Shown here: positions 19,487-29,115 of the stretch, piece after piece
How positions within the stretch are numbered: the first letter of the stretch is position 1
Layout: every line of letters begins with the position of its first letter
Assembly (NCBI GenBank): GCA_937911665.1
Contig: CALDQB010000039.1
Span: 14,601-78,600 of the forward strand
Source: an uncultured Clostridia bacterium
GTDB lineage: Bacteria; Bacillota; Clostridia; Monoglobales; Monoglobaceae
DNA length: 64,000 nucleotides
Reading direction: 5' to 3'
Program-made: the position numbers and the translations under genes
The notes under the pieces: model-generated
The model's database searches: none
What the model was told of the DNA's origin: nothing
The model's input: only the letters and a program-made list of their open reading frames with translations

Positions 19487-19505
19487 ATACAAGTTGTTGA
19501 TAAAT

Positions 19506-19582
<77 letters not shown>

Positions 19583-19584
19583 GG

Positions 19585-19624
19585 AAAAGACCGCCAATTT
19601 TGATTTCAAAATTGACGGTCTTTT
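19585..19624 (+). terminator. Rho-independent terminator after tRNA-Arg
   Basis: AAAAGACCGCCAATTTTGA-ttt-CAAAATTGACGGTCTTTT. Confidence 0.8.
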
Positions 19625-19718
19625 CAATTTAAAATGCAAATTTAAGCCATATCTGCCATTTTACAGTTGTATTTTTGATGGGAATATACTATAATTATAA
19701 TGTTGAAGAGGTGGTATA

Positions 19719-21455
19719 ATGGAAAACAATATATCAAGACAAAGCGGGCACAATTTTATAAAGGGTGCTCTTATCCTCGGTATAGCAAACTTTATTGTTA
19801 AACTTATCGGTGCGGGCTTTAAAATTCCGCTTATAAATTTAATAGGCGATGACGGAAGCGGGTATTTCAATGTAGCATATCAGATATACACATTTATGTT
19901 TATCGTAGCAACCGCAGGCTTCCCTGTTGCCATTTCTAAAATGGTTTCCGAAAGCATTGCAGGCGGAAACGAAGCGGGCGCACGCAAAATCTTTAATGTT
20001 GCGCTAAGCTTTCTTGCCGTAATCGGCCTTGTCGGCACGCTTGTTATGTTCATATTTGCCGACGGGCTTGCCGCACTTGCGGGTATTCCCGATGCAACTC
20101 TCGGCATAACCATAATCGCCCCCGCGGTATTTTTTGTTGCCATAACCTCTTCTTACAGGGGTTATTTTCAGGGCAGACAAAATATGTATCCTACCGCATT
20201 TTCCGAAGTAATCGAATCTTCGGGCAAGCTCATTCTCGGTCTTGCGGGTGCATATTTCTTTATGCGTATGACGGTTAACAGTTCTCTTTCTTCTGCGATA
20301 GATTTCGCTTCAAATGAGGTTTCCTCCCCACATTTGAGAACCGTTTTGGCATCATCGGGCGCAATCTTTGGTGTTACGGCAGGAACCTTCCTTGCGGCAC
20401 TTCTGCTCACCATAGTATACCTTGTGCACAGACGCAAAACACATCGCTCTGATATCACAACGGGAGAGAAAAACTCTACTATTCTCAAAAAGCTTATTAT
20501 GATTGCTATTCCCATAACAATCGGCGCATCGGTTTCGAGTCTTACTACTCTTATAGATATGGGTACAATAACACATCGTCTGGTTGTACGTCCCGAAGTA
20601 TTTGAAAGATATTCATTTATGTTTTCAGAAGGCAGTGAGTTTTTCAAAAAAGCTCTCGCAGAGGGTTGGGCAGGCGCCGAGCTTCTCACCCAGAAAGCCG
20701 CAACCCTTTATGGAATGTATACGGGCAAGGCTCTTACGATGTTCAATCTGCCGCTTACTCTTGTAGTTGCCCTCGGCACAAGTGTTGTTCCCGCCATATC
20801 GGCTGCGGTTGCACAGAAGAATAATTCTGTTGCAAAATCAGTAACCGAGAGCACTCTGCGCATCGCGACGCTCTTTGCGGCTCCCTGCACATTTGGAATG
20901 GCAGTTCTTTCAAAAGAAATACTCTATCTGCTCTTTAGCGATTATAACGCATTTTCGGTGCTTTCGATTTTATCCTTTGCGATAATTCCCGTTGCACTTG
21001 TTCAGGTCTCGAATGCGATACTTCAGGCATACGGCAAGGTTTACAAGCCCGTAATCCATATGATTATCGGCGGTATTATCAAGGTTCTTGTAAACTTCTT
21101 CTGCATTCCCTATCTGGGAATTGACGGTGCTCCTGTCGGAACAGGCATCTGCTACCTTGTGATTGCGGTTTTGAATATAGTTTCAATTATAAAAGTTGCA
21201 AAAATCGACTTTAAATGGAGCAGCTTTATCATAAAGCCCGTCGTTGCGGCGGCAATTATGGGCGGAGCAGGCTTTGTTATGTCTGCATTCCTGCCAATCA
21301 GTAAATTCCTGTGCCTTATCGAGATAGGCGTTTGTGCAATAGTATACGCAATTGCAATTTTCGCTGTAAAGGCCATCAGAAAAGAGGATATTCTCGCTCT
21401 CCCCAAGGGTGCGAAAATCGCCTCTGTTCTCGAAAAATACAACCTGATAAAATAG
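19719..21455 (+). CDS. MOP-superfamily flippase (polysaccharide biosynthesis / SpoVB-MurJ-like; YabM position)
   Basis: 578 aa, ~14 TM. Followed by mazG and yabO as in the B. subtilis yabM-yabN-yabO block. Confidence 0.8.
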   Translation: MENNISRQSGHNFIKGALILGIANFIVKLIGAGFKIPLINLIGDDGSGYFNVAYQIYTFMFIVATAGFPVAISKMVSESIAGGNEAGARKIFNVALSFLAVIGLVGTLVMFIFADGLAALAGIPDATLGITIIAPAVFFVAITSSYRGYFQGRQNMYPTAFSEVIESSGKLILGLAGAYFFMRMTVNSSLSSAIDFASNEVSSPHLRTVLASSGAIFGVTAGTFLAALLLTIVYLVHRRKTHRSDITTGEKNSTILKKLIMIAIPITIGASVSSLTTLIDMGTITHRLVVRPEVFERYSFMFSEGSEFFKKALAEGWAGAELLTQKAATLYGMYTGKALTMFNLPLTLVVALGTSVVPAISAAVAQKNNSVAKSVTESTLRIATLFAAPCTFGMAVLSKEILYLLFSDYNAFSVLSILSFAIIPVALVQVSNAILQAYGKVYKPVIHMIIGGIIKVLVNFFCIPYLGIDGAPVGTGICYLVIAVLNIVSIIKVAKIDFKWSSFIIKPVVAAAIMGGAGFVMSAFLPISKFLCLIEIGVCAIVYAIAIFAVKAIRKEDILALPKGAKIASVLEKYNLIK

Positions 21456-21467
21456 CGGAGGTTTAAA

Positions 21468-22121
21468 ATGGAACTCAAGAGCAGAAAATATACTTTTGAT
21501 GAATTTGTAGAAGTTATAGCAAGACTTCGTGCTCCCGACGGCTGCCCCTGGGACAGAGAACAGACCCACGAGAGCATCCGCAAAAGTATGATAGAAGAAG
21601 CCTATGAGCTTGTAGAGGCAATCGACAGTAAAAAGCCTGAAAAAATCGCAGACGAGAGCGGAGATGTACTGCTCCAGGTGGTTCTTCACGCACAAATTGC
21701 AAAAGACAACGGCGAATATGATATAGACGATGTAACCGACGCGGTATGCCGAAAAATGATTCACCGCCACCCCCACGTTTTTGGAGAGGTTGATGTTAAA
21801 AACAGCGATGATGTTATAAAAAACTGGGACGCAATAAAGCGTGCCGACCGCGAACAGAAAAGTATTGCCGATGAGCTTCGCGGCGTATCCTCTTACATTC
21901 CCACTCTTATGCGGGCACAGAAAATTTATAAAAAAGCTAAAAAAGCAGGTTATGAATATTCCGCTGCGGATATTTCCGTAACCGATGAAGCACAGCTTGG
22001 CAAGCTTCTGTTTGACATAGCCGTTGCATCAGAAAAGCTCGGCATAGACCCCGAGGTTGCTCTCTCGGGCTATCTTAACAAATTTATAGACGAATTCGAA
22101 GCTTTCGAAAAGGAGAAATAA
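21468..22121 (+). CDS. mazG: MazG nucleoside triphosphate pyrophosphohydrolase
   Basis: 217 aa. RAPDGCPWDREQTHESIRKSMIEEAYELVEAI and a second EExxD-type MazG repeat. Confidence 0.9.
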   Translation: MELKSRKYTFDEFVEVIARLRAPDGCPWDREQTHESIRKSMIEEAYELVEAIDSKKPEKIADESGDVLLQVVLHAQIAKDNGEYDIDDVTDAVCRKMIHRHPHVFGEVDVKNSDDVIKNWDAIKRADREQKSIADELRGVSSYIPTLMRAQKIYKKAKKAGYEYSAADISVTDEAQLGKLLFDIAVASEKLGIDPEVALSGYLNKFIDEFEAFEKEK

Positions 22122-22122
22122 T

Positions 22123-22365
22123 ATGCGACTTGATAAATATCTTAAGGTTTCACGTCTTATCAAAAGACGCACCGTTGCAAACGAGGCATGCGACAGCGGA
22201 CGCGTTTGTGTGAACAATAAGGTTGCCCGCGCCTCATATGATGTAAAGGTGGGTGACGAAATCACCATTTCATTCGGGGCACGGCCCGTATCGGTAAGAG
22301 TTCTTGAGGTCAAAGAAAGCGCTTTCAAAGACGACGCCCGTGGAATGTACGAAGTAATAGAATAG
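22123..22365 (+). CDS. yabO: S4-domain RNA-binding protein YabO
   Basis: 80 aa. MRLDKYLKVSRLIKRRTVANEACDSGRVCVNNKVA is an S4 domain. Confidence 0.85.
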   Translation: MRLDKYLKVSRLIKRRTVANEACDSGRVCVNNKVARASYDVKVGDEITISFGARPVSVRVLEVKESAFKDDARGMYEVIE

Positions 22366-22377
22366 AGAGGTAATATT

Positions 22378-22581
22378 ATGCTTGATAAAAAGATTCAGCG
22401 AATTAACGAACTTGCCAGAAAATCAAGAGAAGTCGGACTGACCGATGTCGAAAAAGAGGAACAAGCTAAGCTTCGACGCGAATATATTGCAGGCTTTCGC
22501 TCGTCACTGACAAACGTCCTTGATAACACATATATTCAGTCCCCCGACGGAAGCAAAACAAAAGTGAAAAAGAAGTCATAA
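22378..22581 (+). CDS. DUF896 (UPF0291, YnzC-like) small protein
   Basis: 67 aa. RINELARKSREVGLTDVEKEEQAKLRREYI matches the family pattern. Confidence 0.8.
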   Translation: MLDKKIQRINELARKSREVGLTDVEKEEQAKLRREYIAGFRSSLTNVLDNTYIQSPDGSKTKVKKKS

Positions 22582-22590
22582 ATATGATTT

Positions 22591-22628
22591 AAAAGGCAAA
22601 AACGATTTATTTCGTTTTTGCCTTTTTT
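22591..22628 (+). terminator. Rho-independent terminator
   Basis: AAAAGGCAAAAACGA-tttat-TTCGTTTTTGCCTTTTTT. Confidence 0.85.
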
Positions 22629-22672
22629 GTTGAAAAATATATCGAGAACGCCTGCGGTTTGATATAACATAT

Positions 22673-22823
22673 ATAATTATAAAAAATCAAAAATTTTATT
22701 TATCCTATGCCACCCACCTATAATTTTTATAATTATGAAAATCAAAAAAATTCTTGAATAATTGCCCTATGCCCATACCGTGGCCAAGCCCCACGGCAAA
22801 GATAATTTTTTTGATTTTTAAAT
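22673..22823. repeat. AT-rich intergenic repeats (ATAATTAT-N-AAAATCAAAAA plus CCTATGCC modules)
   Basis: ATAATTATAAAAAATCAAAAATT (22673-22695) and ATAATTATGAAAATCAAAAAAATT (22729-22752) are direct. AATTTTTTTGATTTTTAAAT (22804-22823) is inverted. CCTATGCC occurs at 22704 and 22766. Confidence 0.5.
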
Positions 22824-22824
22824 G

Positions 22825-23394
22825 CTACCCGATAATCCCCGCATAGCCCGCTATAATGCCGATTACCGCCGAGACAGATATAATAAAAATCGGGTGGGTT
22901 TTCCTGAAAGCAAGCGGTGCCATCAGGGCAAAAATTGCAAGCGATACATAAAATCCCGCATTTGAAAAAGCCTCTGCATTTATTCCTCTTTCAAAAAAGA
23001 CGGTCTTTGCAAGAGTTATTACAGCGGCACCTATAAGACCGATTGCAGCGGGTTTTAGTCCTGTCATACAACCGCTTACGATTTTATTAGACTTAAACTT
23101 TTCGTAAAATTTAGCGACAACCAATATGATTATAAACGAAGGCAGCACAATGCCGAGCGTTGCGCACGCCGAACCGATAATTCCTCCCATTTCCGAACCT
23201 ACATAGGTAGCAATGTTTATTGCAAATGGTCCGGGGGTACTCTCGCTAACCGCAATAAAATCGATAAGCTCCTTCATTTCTATCCATCTATGCGAAGTTA
23301 CCTCCGCCTGAATAAGCGGAAGCATTGCATATCCTCCGCCGAATGTAAATAAGCCTATCTTGAAAAATGTGATAAACAGCTCCAAATATATCAT
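22825..23394 (-). CDS. chrA: Chromate transporter, short-chain CHR family (subunit 2)
   Basis: 189 aa. FFKIGLFTFGGGYAMLPLIQ motif. Confidence 0.85.
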   Translation of the reverse strand: MIYLELFITFFKIGLFTFGGGYAMLPLIQAEVTSHRWIEMKELIDFIAVSESTPGPFAINIATYVGSEMGGIIGSACATLGIVLPSFIIILVVAKFYEKFKSNKIVSGCMTGLKPAAIGLIGAAVITLAKTVFFERGINAEAFSNAGFYVSLAIFALMAPLAFRKTHPIFIISVSAVIGIIAGYAGIIG

Positions 23395-23963
23395 ATATCC
23401 TTCCTCCTCTCTGCCACGAGAGAAGCAATAAGTCCTGTCAGGGCACAGCCTATTATTATATATATCACATTTATATCAAAGATTACCGCTACGGCAAACG
23501 CAAGTGCCATAATAATATAGGATATAAGATTTTTCGGGCATTGCCTGTACATCGACCAAAGCGCCTTTACAATAAGAGCGAGCACCCCTGCCCGAATTCC
23601 GTAAAAAGCGTACTTTACCGCAGGGATATGGGCAAATCCCCGAAGCAAATACGAAATTATAATAATTATTACAAACGAGGGCAGCACTACACCAAGAGTT
23701 GAAAAAAATGCACCCCAAAATCCGCAAGTCTTGTACCCTACAAACGTCGCCGCATTTATTGCAATCGGGCCGGGGGTGGACTCTGCAATCGCGATAATAT
23801 CAAGAAGGTCATCATCAGTAATCCACTTGTGCTTTTCTCCAATCTCTTTTTGGATAAGCGGAATCATAGCATACCCACCGCCAAATGTAAACGCACCTAT
23901 TTTAAAGAACGAAGTAAAGAGCGCCCATATGCGACTCATTTTTTTATTATTCAAGAATTTCAC
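23391..23963 (-). CDS. chrA: Chromate transporter, short-chain CHR family (subunit 1)
   Basis: 190 aa. FFKIGAFTFGGGYAMIPLIQ. 4-bp overlap with the partner gene. Confidence 0.85.
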   Translation of the reverse strand: MKFLNNKKMSRIWALFTSFFKIGAFTFGGGYAMIPLIQKEIGEKHKWITDDDLLDIIAIAESTPGPIAINAATFVGYKTCGFWGAFFSTLGVVLPSFVIIIIISYLLRGFAHIPAVKYAFYGIRAGVLALIVKALWSMYRQCPKNLISYIIMALAFAVAVIFDINVIYIIIGCALTGLIASLVAERRKDI

Positions 23964-24415
23964 GCTTCCTTCTTTTCAATTTCGCCAAGCAAACCTCGGC
24001 ATCCTTTCAAAACATCTCTGTAGGTCGCCTCAAAATTGCCCGTATACCAGGGGTCTGCTATATCACCGCTATCCCCTGCAAACGACAAAAGCTTTGCCAC
24101 CTTGCCCTCGGGGTCACCACCTGTGATACGCAGAATATTTCTAATATTTGCACTATCCATACCTATTATGTAATCATATTTTGAATAGTCTTTCTTTGTC
24201 ATTTGAACGGCAACCTTGCCACTTGAAGAAATCCCCACTTGTTCAAGCTTGCGCCTTGTTCCGTAGTGGACGGGATTGCCGATTTCCTCGGTGCTTGTGG
24301 CAGCGGATGCAACATATACATCACACCCGTTCTTCTGTGCCATATCCCTCATAACAAATTCTGCCATTGGTGAACGGCAAATATTGCCGTGGCAGACAAA
24401 AAGTATTTTTATCAT
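23960..24415 (-). CDS. Low-molecular-weight protein tyrosine phosphatase
   Basis: 151 aa. P-loop CHGNICRSP (CX5R-S) at the N-terminus and a DPWY loop. Confidence 0.9.
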   Translation of the reverse strand: MIKILFVCHGNICRSPMAEFVMRDMAQKNGCDVYVASAATSTEEIGNPVHYGTRRKLEQVGISSSGKVAVQMTKKDYSKYDYIIGMDSANIRNILRITGGDPEGKVAKLLSFAGDSGDIADPWYTGNFEATYRDVLKGCRGLLGEIEKKEA

Positions 24416-24492
24416 AACATATCTCCGTTATCATTATAATCTTGATGAACTCATTATAGAATCAGTGTGCAATTTAGATGACACTGATTTTA

Positions 24493-24614
24493 AATGAATA
24501 GTGAATAATGAATGATGAATAATTGTGGTTGAAAATCGCATTGCGATTTTCTTTTCATTCAAATGCGGAGCATTTGTTCCTTAATTCTTCATTATTCATT
24601 TTTCACTATTCATT
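24493..24614. repeat. 122-bp imperfect palindrome with two internal hairpins
   Basis: Arms AATGAATAGTGAATAATGAATGATGAATAATT (24493-24524) and AATTCTTCATTATTCATTTTTCACTATTCATT (24583-24614) pair at 29/32. Inner hairpins GAAAATCGC-att-GCGATTTTC (24531-24551) and CAAATGC-gga-GCATTTG (24559-24575). Flanked by the 15-bp direct repeat ATGAACTCATTATAG (24445-24459, 24627-24641). Confidence 0.8.
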
Positions 24615-24740
24615 GAGTTCGTTTTAATGAACTCATTATAGCACAAAATAATAAATCTGACAACCATAATTGATAAGTTGCATATTTTCTTCTGATGTGC
24701 TATTATAATTATATAAACCTATCCTGATTTGGAGGTAACT

Positions 24741-25481
24741 ATGAACGAAGATATAATATACGGACGAAATCCTGTAATAGAAGCTCTTGAAGCAAACCAT
24801 ACTATGGATAAAATTCTTATTCAGGAGGGTTTGCGTCATACTCAAATAGGATATATACGAAATCTTGCCAAGGAAAAGGGTGTTCTTTACCGCTTCACAG
24901 ATAAGCGCAAGCTTGACCGAATGACCGACGGTGAAAATCATCAGGGGGTTGTTGCACTTGCCGCAGCACACAGATATGCAGAGCTGAGTGATATTTTAGC
25001 GTCGGCAAAGGAAAAGGGCGAGCCTCCCTTTATCGTAATTGCAGAGGGAATAACAGACCCCCACAATTTAGGCAGTATAATCAGAACTGCAAACGCCGCA
25101 GGAGCACACGGAATTGTTATTCCAAAAGACAGAAGTGTTTCACTAAATTCCGTTGTGGCTAAAGTTTCTGCAGGCGCAATAGAACACACCCCCGTCGCAC
25201 GTGTCACAAACATCGCCCAAACCCTTGAGCTTCTTAAAAAAGAAGGGCTTTGGATTGCGGGAACCGCTCTTGAAGCGGAGCAATATTGCTATGACTGCGA
25301 CCTTAAAGGTCCTCTCGGCATAGTAATCGGCAGCGAGGGCGAGGGTATGAGCCGCATCGTGCGTGAGCATTGCGACTTCCTTGTAAAAATCCCAATGCTT
25401 GGTCAGACAGAATCCCTGAATGCCTCGGTTGCAGCGGCGATTTTGCTCTACGAGGCAGTTCGCCAAAGGAAAGATTTTTAA
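24741..25481 (+). CDS. rlmB: 23S rRNA (guanosine-2'-O)-methyltransferase RlmB (SpoU/TrmH family)
   Basis: IYGRNPVIEAL N-terminal domain, DPHNLGSIIRTANAAG and IGSEGEGM SpoU motifs. Start at ATG 24741 behind GGAGG. Confidence 0.88.
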   Translation: MNEDIIYGRNPVIEALEANHTMDKILIQEGLRHTQIGYIRNLAKEKGVLYRFTDKRKLDRMTDGENHQGVVALAAAHRYAELSDILASAKEKGEPPFIVIAEGITDPHNLGSIIRTANAAGAHGIVIPKDRSVSLNSVVAKVSAGAIEHTPVARVTNIAQTLELLKKEGLWIAGTALEAEQYCYDCDLKGPLGIVIGSEGEGMSRIVREHCDFLVKIPMLGQTESLNASVAAAILLYEAVRQRKDF

Positions 25482-25499
25482 TTAGAATGAGGGTGTATT

Positions 25500-26282
25500 A
25501 TGAGAATACTTGCAATAGGCGATATAAACGGTCAGGACGGCAGAGAATATATCTACAACAATCTCGGCAGAATAAGGGATAAATACAAAATAGATTTTTG
25601 TATTGCCAATGGCGAAAATAGCGCCGATCCCAACGGCATCACCCGCGATATAGCCGCTGCTCTCACAAGCTGCGGTGTTGATGTTATCACAATGGGAAAT
25701 CACACCTTTGATAACAAGGAATCTGCCCTTGTCCTTGAAGAAAACGGACATATTATCAGACCTCTTAACTACCCTCCCGAAGCAGAGGGCACGGGTTACT
25801 CCATAACCGATTTGGGCTATGCCCGTGTTGCCGTTATAAATCTTATCGGCAGAACGGGTATGTCGCCCGCCGACTGTCCCTTTCACGCAGTTGAAAAGCT
25901 GCTTCCAAAGCTTGACGCAGAGGTAATCATTGTTGATATCCACGCCGAAGCCACAAGCGAGAAAATGGCTATGGCTCACTTCCTTGACGGAAAGGTGAGC
26001 GCTGTCTTCGGCACTCACACGCACGTGCAAACCGCAGACGAACGTATCTTATCGGGGGGCACAGGCTTTATCTGCGACCTTGGAATGACAGGTGTTGAGG
26101 ATTCAATCCTTGGTGTCGAGAAAAATATCATAATTGGTTTTTACTATAATCCCACAAGGCGTTACCGCTTTGAAAAGGCCACGGGCGAGGTATGGTTTAA
26201 CGGTTGTATATTTGATATTGATGCAAAGACGGGAAAAACCACCGCCGTAGAACGCTTAAGGTTTAATAAGTTAGAGGTATAA
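25500..26282 (+). CDS. ymdB: YmdB-family metallophosphoesterase (TIGR00282-like)
   Basis: 260 aa. MRILAIGDINGQDGR, ANGENSA, GNHTFD motifs. Confidence 0.9.
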   Translation: MRILAIGDINGQDGREYIYNNLGRIRDKYKIDFCIANGENSADPNGITRDIAAALTSCGVDVITMGNHTFDNKESALVLEENGHIIRPLNYPPEAEGTGYSITDLGYARVAVINLIGRTGMSPADCPFHAVEKLLPKLDAEVIIVDIHAEATSEKMAMAHFLDGKVSAVFGTHTHVQTADERILSGGTGFICDLGMTGVEDSILGVEKNIIIGFYYNPTRRYRFEKATGEVWFNGCIFDIDAKTGKTTAVERLRFNKLEV

Positions 26283-26283
26283 T

Positions 26284-27081
26284 ATGAGCTTTTTTCAATA
26301 TAAAAAAGACGACCGAATATATTTTAAATCCGATATTCTTGATAAACAAAACGGCTTTGTTCATAGCTTTACAACAAAGGCGGGCGGAGTAAGCCATGGC
26401 AAGATATCGGGTTTTAATTTAGGGTTTCGCGTCAACGATAACAAAGAATCTGTCTGCGAAAATTACAGACTCCTTGCAAATGATTTGGGTCTTTCTCTTG
26501 AGAGGACAGTCTTATCAAAGCAGACTCACACCACCAATATCCGCATTGTAACAGAGGAAGATTGCGGCAAGGGAATTGTCAGAGAAAGCGACATAAACGA
26601 CACCGACGGACTTGTCACCAATATCCCCGATATTGCACTTGTGGTTTTTGCCGCAGACTGTGTACCCATTCTTCTGTGCGACCCTACAAAAAGGGTTGTT
26701 GCCGCCATCCACGCAGGCTGGCGCGGAAGCATCGGAAAAATTTCTTCAAAATGTGTAGAGATTATGAAATCTGATTTCGGCTCCGACCCTGAAAATATTT
26801 TGGCTGCAATCGGTCCCAGCATCGGTCCTTGCTGCTTTGAATTCGGGAGTGCGGCACCCGAATATTTTGGCGAAAAGTATTGCTCGCAATCGGCAGACGG
26901 CAAATACACCGTCGACCTTTGGAGCTACAATCGCGACCTGCTTAAAGAATCAGGACTTTCAAACGAAAATATAGATGTAAGCCAAATCTGTACCATGTGC
27001 AAAAGTGACCTTTTCTACTCCTACCGCTCTCACAAAGATGCGACGGGCAGACAGGGCGCGGTAATTATGCTAAAGGGTTGA
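26284..27081 (+). CDS. pgeF: Peptidoglycan editing factor PgeF / YfiH (DUF152 laccase-domain) protein
   Basis: 265 aa. ADCVPILLCD and AAIHAGWRG motifs. Confidence 0.88.
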   Translation: MSFFQYKKDDRIYFKSDILDKQNGFVHSFTTKAGGVSHGKISGFNLGFRVNDNKESVCENYRLLANDLGLSLERTVLSKQTHTTNIRIVTEEDCGKGIVRESDINDTDGLVTNIPDIALVVFAADCVPILLCDPTKRVVAAIHAGWRGSIGKISSKCVEIMKSDFGSDPENILAAIGPSIGPCCFEFGSAAPEYFGEKYCSQSADGKYTVDLWSYNRDLLKESGLSNENIDVSQICTMCKSDLFYSYRSHKDATGRQGAVIMLKG

Positions 27082-27085
27082 TAAA

Positions 27086-28282
27086 ATGACCAAAAACCGA
27101 AAAATAATTCATCTGGATATGGATGCCTTTTATGCGGCAATCGAAGAGAGGGACGACCCCTCTCTTAAAGGCAAGCCCGTAATCGTAGGCTCTCCGCCCG
27201 GGGTGAGAGGCGTTGTTTCTACCTGTAATTATATCGCAAGAAGCTTTGGCGTACATTCGGCAATGAGCAGCAGCGAGGCTCACCGCAGATGTCCGCACGC
27301 GGTTTTTATAACGCCTCATTTCAAAAAATATATCGAGGCATCTAATATCGTTCACTCCATTATGGCAGAGTACACCGATAAGCTTGAATTTCTTTCTCTT
27401 GATGAGGGTTATATGGATGTAACAGGCAGCGAACTGCTGTTTGGCAGTGCTGAAAAAATCGCAAAAGAATTGCAAAGACGGGTTTTTGAATCTGTTGGCA
27501 CAACCTGCTCTGTCGGGGTTGGATATTCTATGATGAGCGCCAAATGCGCAAGCGAAGAGAAAAAACCGAACGGCTTTTTTGTTATACGAAGTCCCGAGGA
27601 ATTTTTTGAGCTTATGAAGGACAGACCCGTGGGCGAGCTTTACGGAATAGGAAAGAAAACCGCCGAGAAGCTCTCCGGTATGGGACTTAAGACCGTGGGA
27701 GCTCTTGCCTCTGCATCGCCCGAGAGGCTATCGTCCCTCGGCAATACGGGGATTGAGCTTTTAAATCACGCAAGAGGCATAGATAACCGACAGGTTATCA
27801 CCGATGCACCCCCTAAATCAATAGGCAGAGAAACCACCTTCTTAAAAGACACTACCGACCGCGAAATCCTCTCTGACACGCTTTTGGTTTTGGCAAACGA
27901 CATAAGCTATCGCTTATTCCGCAAGGAAATGTGGGCAAAGACTGTCACATTAAAAATTAAATTCGCTGATTTAAAATCAATTACCCGCTCCTGTTCGGGC
28001 GAATATATAAGGAGCAGTAAGCAAATTTTCAATGTTGCAAAAGCTCTTTTGGATGCAGAGCTTTTGCCAAAACCCGTACGCCTTATCGGCATTTCGACCT
28101 CGGGGCTTACCAATAAAGCTTATGTTCAATTATCTTTCAATAATAACGAAACTACTACGTCAAAGGCGGAGCGTCTCGGTGATACGATACTGAAAATAAA
28201 AAGCGAGTTCGGCAAAAACTCGCTCAAGACCGCAAAGGAGCTTTCCGTCGATGAAAGCTTTAGCGACTTTGATGAAATATAA
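27086..28282 (+). CDS. dinB: DNA polymerase IV
   Basis: 398 aa. IIHLDMDAFYAAIEERD, SLDEGYMDVT, HhH region GIGKKTAEKL. Confidence 0.93.
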   Translation: MTKNRKIIHLDMDAFYAAIEERDDPSLKGKPVIVGSPPGVRGVVSTCNYIARSFGVHSAMSSSEAHRRCPHAVFITPHFKKYIEASNIVHSIMAEYTDKLEFLSLDEGYMDVTGSELLFGSAEKIAKELQRRVFESVGTTCSVGVGYSMMSAKCASEEKKPNGFFVIRSPEEFFELMKDRPVGELYGIGKKTAEKLSGMGLKTVGALASASPERLSSLGNTGIELLNHARGIDNRQVITDAPPKSIGRETTFLKDTTDREILSDTLLVLANDISYRLFRKEMWAKTVTLKIKFADLKSITRSCSGEYIRSSKQIFNVAKALLDAELLPKPVRLIGISTSGLTNKAYVQLSFNNNETTTSKAERLGDTILKIKSEFGKNSLKTAKELSVDESFSDFDEI

Positions 28283-28319
28283 AAGGAGACGCAACAAGCT
28301 GAGGCGTCTCCTTGTTTTA
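28283..28319. terminator. Terminator between dinB and the MBL hydrolase gene
   Basis: AAGGAGACGC-aacaagctgag-GCGTCTCCTT then GTTTTAT. Confidence 0.75.
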
Positions 28320-29099
28320 TTATATTGAACATACAGCGTCGCGGGCGGCAACGCCAACTGCTACATCCTTGCCGAGTTTTATTCCTGCCTCAGATAGTGC
28401 ACACACTACCGTCTCAAGTGCGAGCGACGGATAATTGTTCTCCTCGCTCAGATGTCCGAGCATAATATTTTGTGTTCCCATCTTCACAAGAAACTCTGCG
28501 GCAATTCCCGCATCATCATTTGATAGATGCCCGAGGCGTCCGCGTATTCTCTGCTTGAGCGATATGGGATAAGAACCAATCTCAAGCATATTTACGTCAT
28601 GGTTTGCCTCAAGCAAAACGGTTTTGCTTCCTTTTATCGCCTCAAACAAGTCCCGTTTAAGTTCTCCAATATCGGTAGCAACCGATATTTTCTCTCCCCC
28701 TGATTCAAAGCTGTACCCCACGGGGTTTGCCGCATCGTGAGGAATTGAAAACGACGAAACACCAACGTCACCTATTTCAAAGGCATCACCCGATTTGAAG
28801 GTTTTTTTAAGACTTGTGTCTATATTCCCGATTTGCCCCTCCATCGCCTGCCACGTTTCATTTGTTGCCCAGACAGGCAACCCGTATCTGCGCATCATCA
28901 CGCCAATCCCTGAAATATGGTCAGTATGTTCGTGCGTTACTACTATTGCATCAAGAGTATCAGGAGTAACGTCAAGCTCGGAAAGTGCCGTTGTAACCGC
29001 CTTGCCGCTAACACCGCAATCTATCAATATTTTTGTTTTGTCCCCATATAGTAAAGCCGCGTTTCCGCGGCTTCCACTTTTAAGAGAAAATATTTTCAT
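28320..29099 (-). CDS. MBL-fold metallo-hydrolase (YycJ/WalJ-like)
   Basis: HxHxDH motif VTHEHTDHISG. Start at ATG 29099 behind AAAGGTG. Confidence 0.85.
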   Translation of the reverse strand: MKIFSLKSGSRGNAALLYGDKTKILIDCGVSGKAVTTALSELDVTPDTLDAIVVTHEHTDHISGIGVMMRRYGLPVWATNETWQAMEGQIGNIDTSLKKTFKSGDAFEIGDVGVSSFSIPHDAANPVGYSFESGGEKISVATDIGELKRDLFEAIKGSKTVLLEANHDVNMLEIGSYPISLKQRIRGRLGHLSNDDAGIAAEFLVKMGTQNIMLGHLSEENNYPSLALETVVCALSEAGIKLGKDVAVGVAARDAVCSI

Positions 29100-29115
29100 A
29101 TCTTTCACCTTTTTA

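Noticed and set aside
22825-23963. Two ~190-aa chromate-transporter ORFs as a frameshifted chrA pseudogene
   Set aside because: Each half starts with its own FFKIG(A/L)FTFGGGYAM motif, and the genes overlap by 4 bp in the manner of translational coupling. This matches the known short-chain CHR two-gene arrangement.
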